From contig CM121342.1 in NCBI GenBank assembly GCA_051530055.1, positions 6,075,489 to 6,139,488 on the forward strand: 64,000 nucleotides of DNA. The letters are read 5' to 3'. The notes beneath the pieces are model-generated. The model was given only the letters and a program-made list of their open reading frames with translations. It was not told the origin of the DNA and searched no databases. Of this stretch, positions 60,900 through 64,000 are shown in pieces (position 1 is the stretch's first letter; each line of letters starts with the position of its first letter). This stretch comes from Neoechinorhynchus agilis (Eukaryota > Animalia > Acanthocephala). The position numbers and the translations under genes were made by a program.

Positions 60900-61860
60900 G
60901 ATCCTACTCGAAATTATTGTAAATGTCGTTTTTCTGATTCACACTTTGATTCATTTTGTACTCCGCTTTATTCCCTTTTATTGTTTCAACCTTGGGAATA
61001 AATATGGCCTCGATTGTAGTACGATCCCATTTGGATTCACTTTGCGCCAAAATGGTGACATTGTCGATATCCATCAATTGGTTTTGTTGCTCAAAATAAT
61101 TGAGTATCGCGAAACTTTCATCCGTACTTCTCACCAGGGCGCATATTTGTGTTCTTTGCTTCGCATTTCTAAATAGTTTGTTTGAATTACGTAGGATTTA
61201 ATGCATTTGCTGCAGGGAATTCTGTGCATCACACTATCGCCTTAATGTTCATCTCGTTTCTAAACCATAGAGCTTAATGGTTTTTCTCTATACTTTGATT
61301 CATTTTGTACTCCGCTTTATTCCCTTTTATTGTTTCAACCTTGGGAATAAATATGGCCTCGATTGTAGTACGATCCCATTTGGATTCACTTTGCGCCAAA
61401 ATGGTGACATTGTCGATATCCATCAATTGGTTTTGTTGCTCAAAATAATTGAGTATCGCTAAACTTTAATCCGTACTTCTCACCAGGCGCATATTTGTGT
61501 TCCTTGCTTCGCATTTCTAAATAGTTTGTTTGAATTACGTAGGATTTAATGCATTTGCTGCAGGGAATTCTGTGCATCACACTATCGCCTTAATGTTCAT
61601 CTCGTTTCTAAAACAATAGAGCTTAATGGTTTTTCTCTATACTTTGATTCATTTTGTACTCCGCTTTATTCCCTTTTACTGTTTCAACCTAGTGAATATA
61701 TATCGCCTCGATTGTAACGCGATCCCATTTGGATTCACTTTGCGCCAAAATGGTGACATTGTCGATATCCATCAATTGGTTTTGTTGCTGAAAATAATTG
61801 AGTATCGCTAAATTGGCATCCGTGTTTCTGCTCGGATCGCATATTTTCCGATTACCCAGT
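60900..61860 (-). mobile_element. Penelope-like GIY-YIG endonuclease fragment, tandemly amplified (~349-bp period, ~3 copies)
   Basis: HRIPCSKCIKSYVIQT..MRSKEHK and AILNYFEQQNQLMDIDNVTILAQSESKWDRTTIEAIFI; the anchor actttgattcattttgtactcc recurs near 60943, 61292 and 61641. Confidence 0.8.
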
Positions 61861-61889
61861 CGATAGCTTAGCCGATTTTGAATAGGAAA

Positions 61890-62570
61890 TCCCATTGGGA
61901 TCAACGGTTGGTGTCGGTCTTTAAAACAAGAAATTGGATCCGAATACTGGAATTCACATTGTGATCTACAAATCCAAGCAAACGAAAGTAGGTCTGAACT
62001 TCTAGACAATAAAGGATATTTTAGTGGTTTTTTTTAGAAAGCAAAGAATGCAATAATCCAATGTTCGTAGTGAGCCAAATTCGAGGACAGGATTTCACAT
62101 GGGGATCAACGGTTGACGTCGGCCTTTAAAACAAGAAATTGGACCCGAATACTGGAATTCACATTGCGATCTACAAATTCGAGCAAACCAAAATAGATCT
62201 CAACTTTTCTTTAACAAAAGGGTATTTTAGTGGATTTTCTTTAGAAAGCAAAGAAAGCAAAAATCCAATGTTCGTACTGAACCGAATTCGAGGACAGGAA
62301 ATCACATTTTCTTTGAATATCGATCCTTGACTCCTACGTTCGATTGGCTAAAATGGAATTACAAATATTTGATTGATTTTAATGAACAACCAAGCGATAT
62401 TGCAGGTAAACCAGTCTCTTCAATTGTCCAAACTACGAATGATCACCTGAATAAAAAAAGGCAAAATACAAATTGGTCATTTCGATTTGACGCGGAAAAC
62501 AGAAGACCGCAAGGCCATTTGTAGAAATAAAATGTTCAGTTTCCTATTGGTCGACGAAATTACTTTAGTA
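61890..62570. repeat. Second copy of the 54790-55610 element
   Basis: Direct sequence identity with 54890-55610. Confidence 0.9.
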
Positions 62571-62710
62571 ATTGTTTTGTTTTTCTGATTCTGTTGATCT
62601 AAAAGTTCAAAAGGCTTATTTGGTGTGGGTTTTGTATTCTAAAAAGTCCAATTTAAATTTTCGCTAAAGCATCCCCATTTCACACAACATTTTTTCAAAA
62701 TTTCTCTTGA

Positions 62711-63505
62711 TTAAACAAGTTCATCTCTATGTTTCCTCCAATACCTTTTGACCTTAACGTGCCCATCATCAGCGACGACCATTATTTTCTTTTGAGTGTT
62801 GCTGTACAAAAGTACACCGATTGAACGAGCATAATTGCTCAATATCTTAAAAGCAACATCATTCTCGAAGTTTATGTACATGAAAGCATCCTGGGCGACG
62901 AGTCTTTTCTGTTCCATTTCCCATCGTTGAATTTGATCGAGGACATTGATCGGAGATGTCGTCTCCGTTAGGTCGTCATTACTTCCTAAAAGTTGCGCTC
63001 CTTGATGGCAATGATTCTCATTTAAGTATTTTATGATTTGTCGCGCTGATACACCTCTTTTAAACGCTTTCTTTACACTTTCTCTTGTTAGTTGGAAAAC
63101 TGTAAGATTTGGAAGCCTGTAAGATGAGCTTTTAAGTTATAAGCTCGAGAAGGGATTCAAACCTTTTGAGCGGTTGAGCGAACATAGACACGACTCGCAA
63201 ATGCAGTTTTGACCCTATATCTCTTTTTTTATTAAAAATAAATAAAAAATTACTTACCGGAACGTAAGTATAACTGAAAATTGGTTTGAACGACGAGAAA
63301 TCCGTCTAATTCACTTGAAGGTCTTGTGCTTGGATTCGTGAGTAAATATCCCATTTCCGGTATCACCTTATTTTCTCTAGCATTAATTAACTTTTTTTGC
63401 AACGAATGTACAAACCGCTTTTTTTATTATGTTTACGAATCCAAGATGATAGAGAATTTCGACTATTCTCACTTGTTGTCCACCAAAACGTGAAATTTCA
63501 ATCGG
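62711..63505 (-). CDS. GTF2H4: TFIIH subunit p52/Tfb2, 3' exons only (5' part lies further upstream or outside the window)
   Basis: GFLVVQTNFQLY|SKLHLRVVSMF..R|LPNLTVFQLTRESVKKAFKRGVSARQIIKYL...DQIQRWEMEQKRL...GHVKVKRYW; introns 63257-63215 (43 nt) and 63162-63117 (46 nt). Confidence 0.9.
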
Positions 63506-64000
63506 CTGTCATTTGCAAAGTTTAAGTTAGAAAAAGTGTTTGAAGATTGAATTGTCGTGTAAAAATTAAAAGAATTAACAAAATTGTATGTGAGGAGGTA
63601 CCGGGGAATGTGATTGGTTCCAATACTAAAAAAGCCGGTCATAGGGGAAATATTTCGCGAGAAAGTGACCTCGCCTCCTCAGTCCCGAAGGATTTTCTCT
63701 GTCGATGATTAACTGTAAAAATAGAGACTAAGGCGATTACTGTGAAACATGGCATAAAAGTCCTAAAGACACGATCTAACGTCGTATCCTTCAACCAAAA
63801 ATTTGGAATTGTTTTCAAAAAATATAAAGTGGTTAGGTAACATTTTAGAACTGATAATCGTACCCGACACGAGGTTCGACGAACGTCTTTAATTCAAAAA
63901 AAAATCATTTACCGTCACAATCGGAACCAATCACAATCTTTAAATTTTTACACGCCAGATATTAGAGAAAAAAAGTTTTTTACCCGGTGACTAACCTCCG

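Overview
This is AT-rich eukaryotic nuclear DNA, most likely from a small-genome invertebrate. The evidence is a protostome-type cytoplasmic intermediate filament with a lamin-tail domain, a forkhead gene and an NCS calcium sensor; the species cannot be named from the sequence. Compact genes with very short GT-AG introns (about 25-55 nt) alternate with about nine unrelated tandem arrays (units of 43-242 bp), MITE-like inverted repeats and decayed retroelements (Penelope-like, CRE-like, LINE, Ty3/Gypsy). Recognisable genes are an NCS-family EF-hand protein, KDSR, EFR3, an intermediate filament, CysRS (CARS1), SEM1/DSS1, a KIF4-like kinesin, a divergent forkhead and the 3' part of GTF2H4. The main observations are: (1) five dispersed minimal type I hammerhead ribozymes with covarying stems, one antisense inside the forkhead gene; (2) the 60-bp 'satellite' looks like the coding exon of a probably secreted 20-aa-repeat protein, because its variants are synonymous in one frame; (3) two unrecognised families of secreted Cys-rich proteins, each with two paralogs here; (4) a kinesin intron that only restores HIPYRDSK with GT...AC ends; (5) a spliced presequence-like extension on CysRS; (6) a 9-mer, GATATTTCG, shared by unrelated repeat families. 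All gene models were spliced by hand and family assignments come from motif recall, not database searches.
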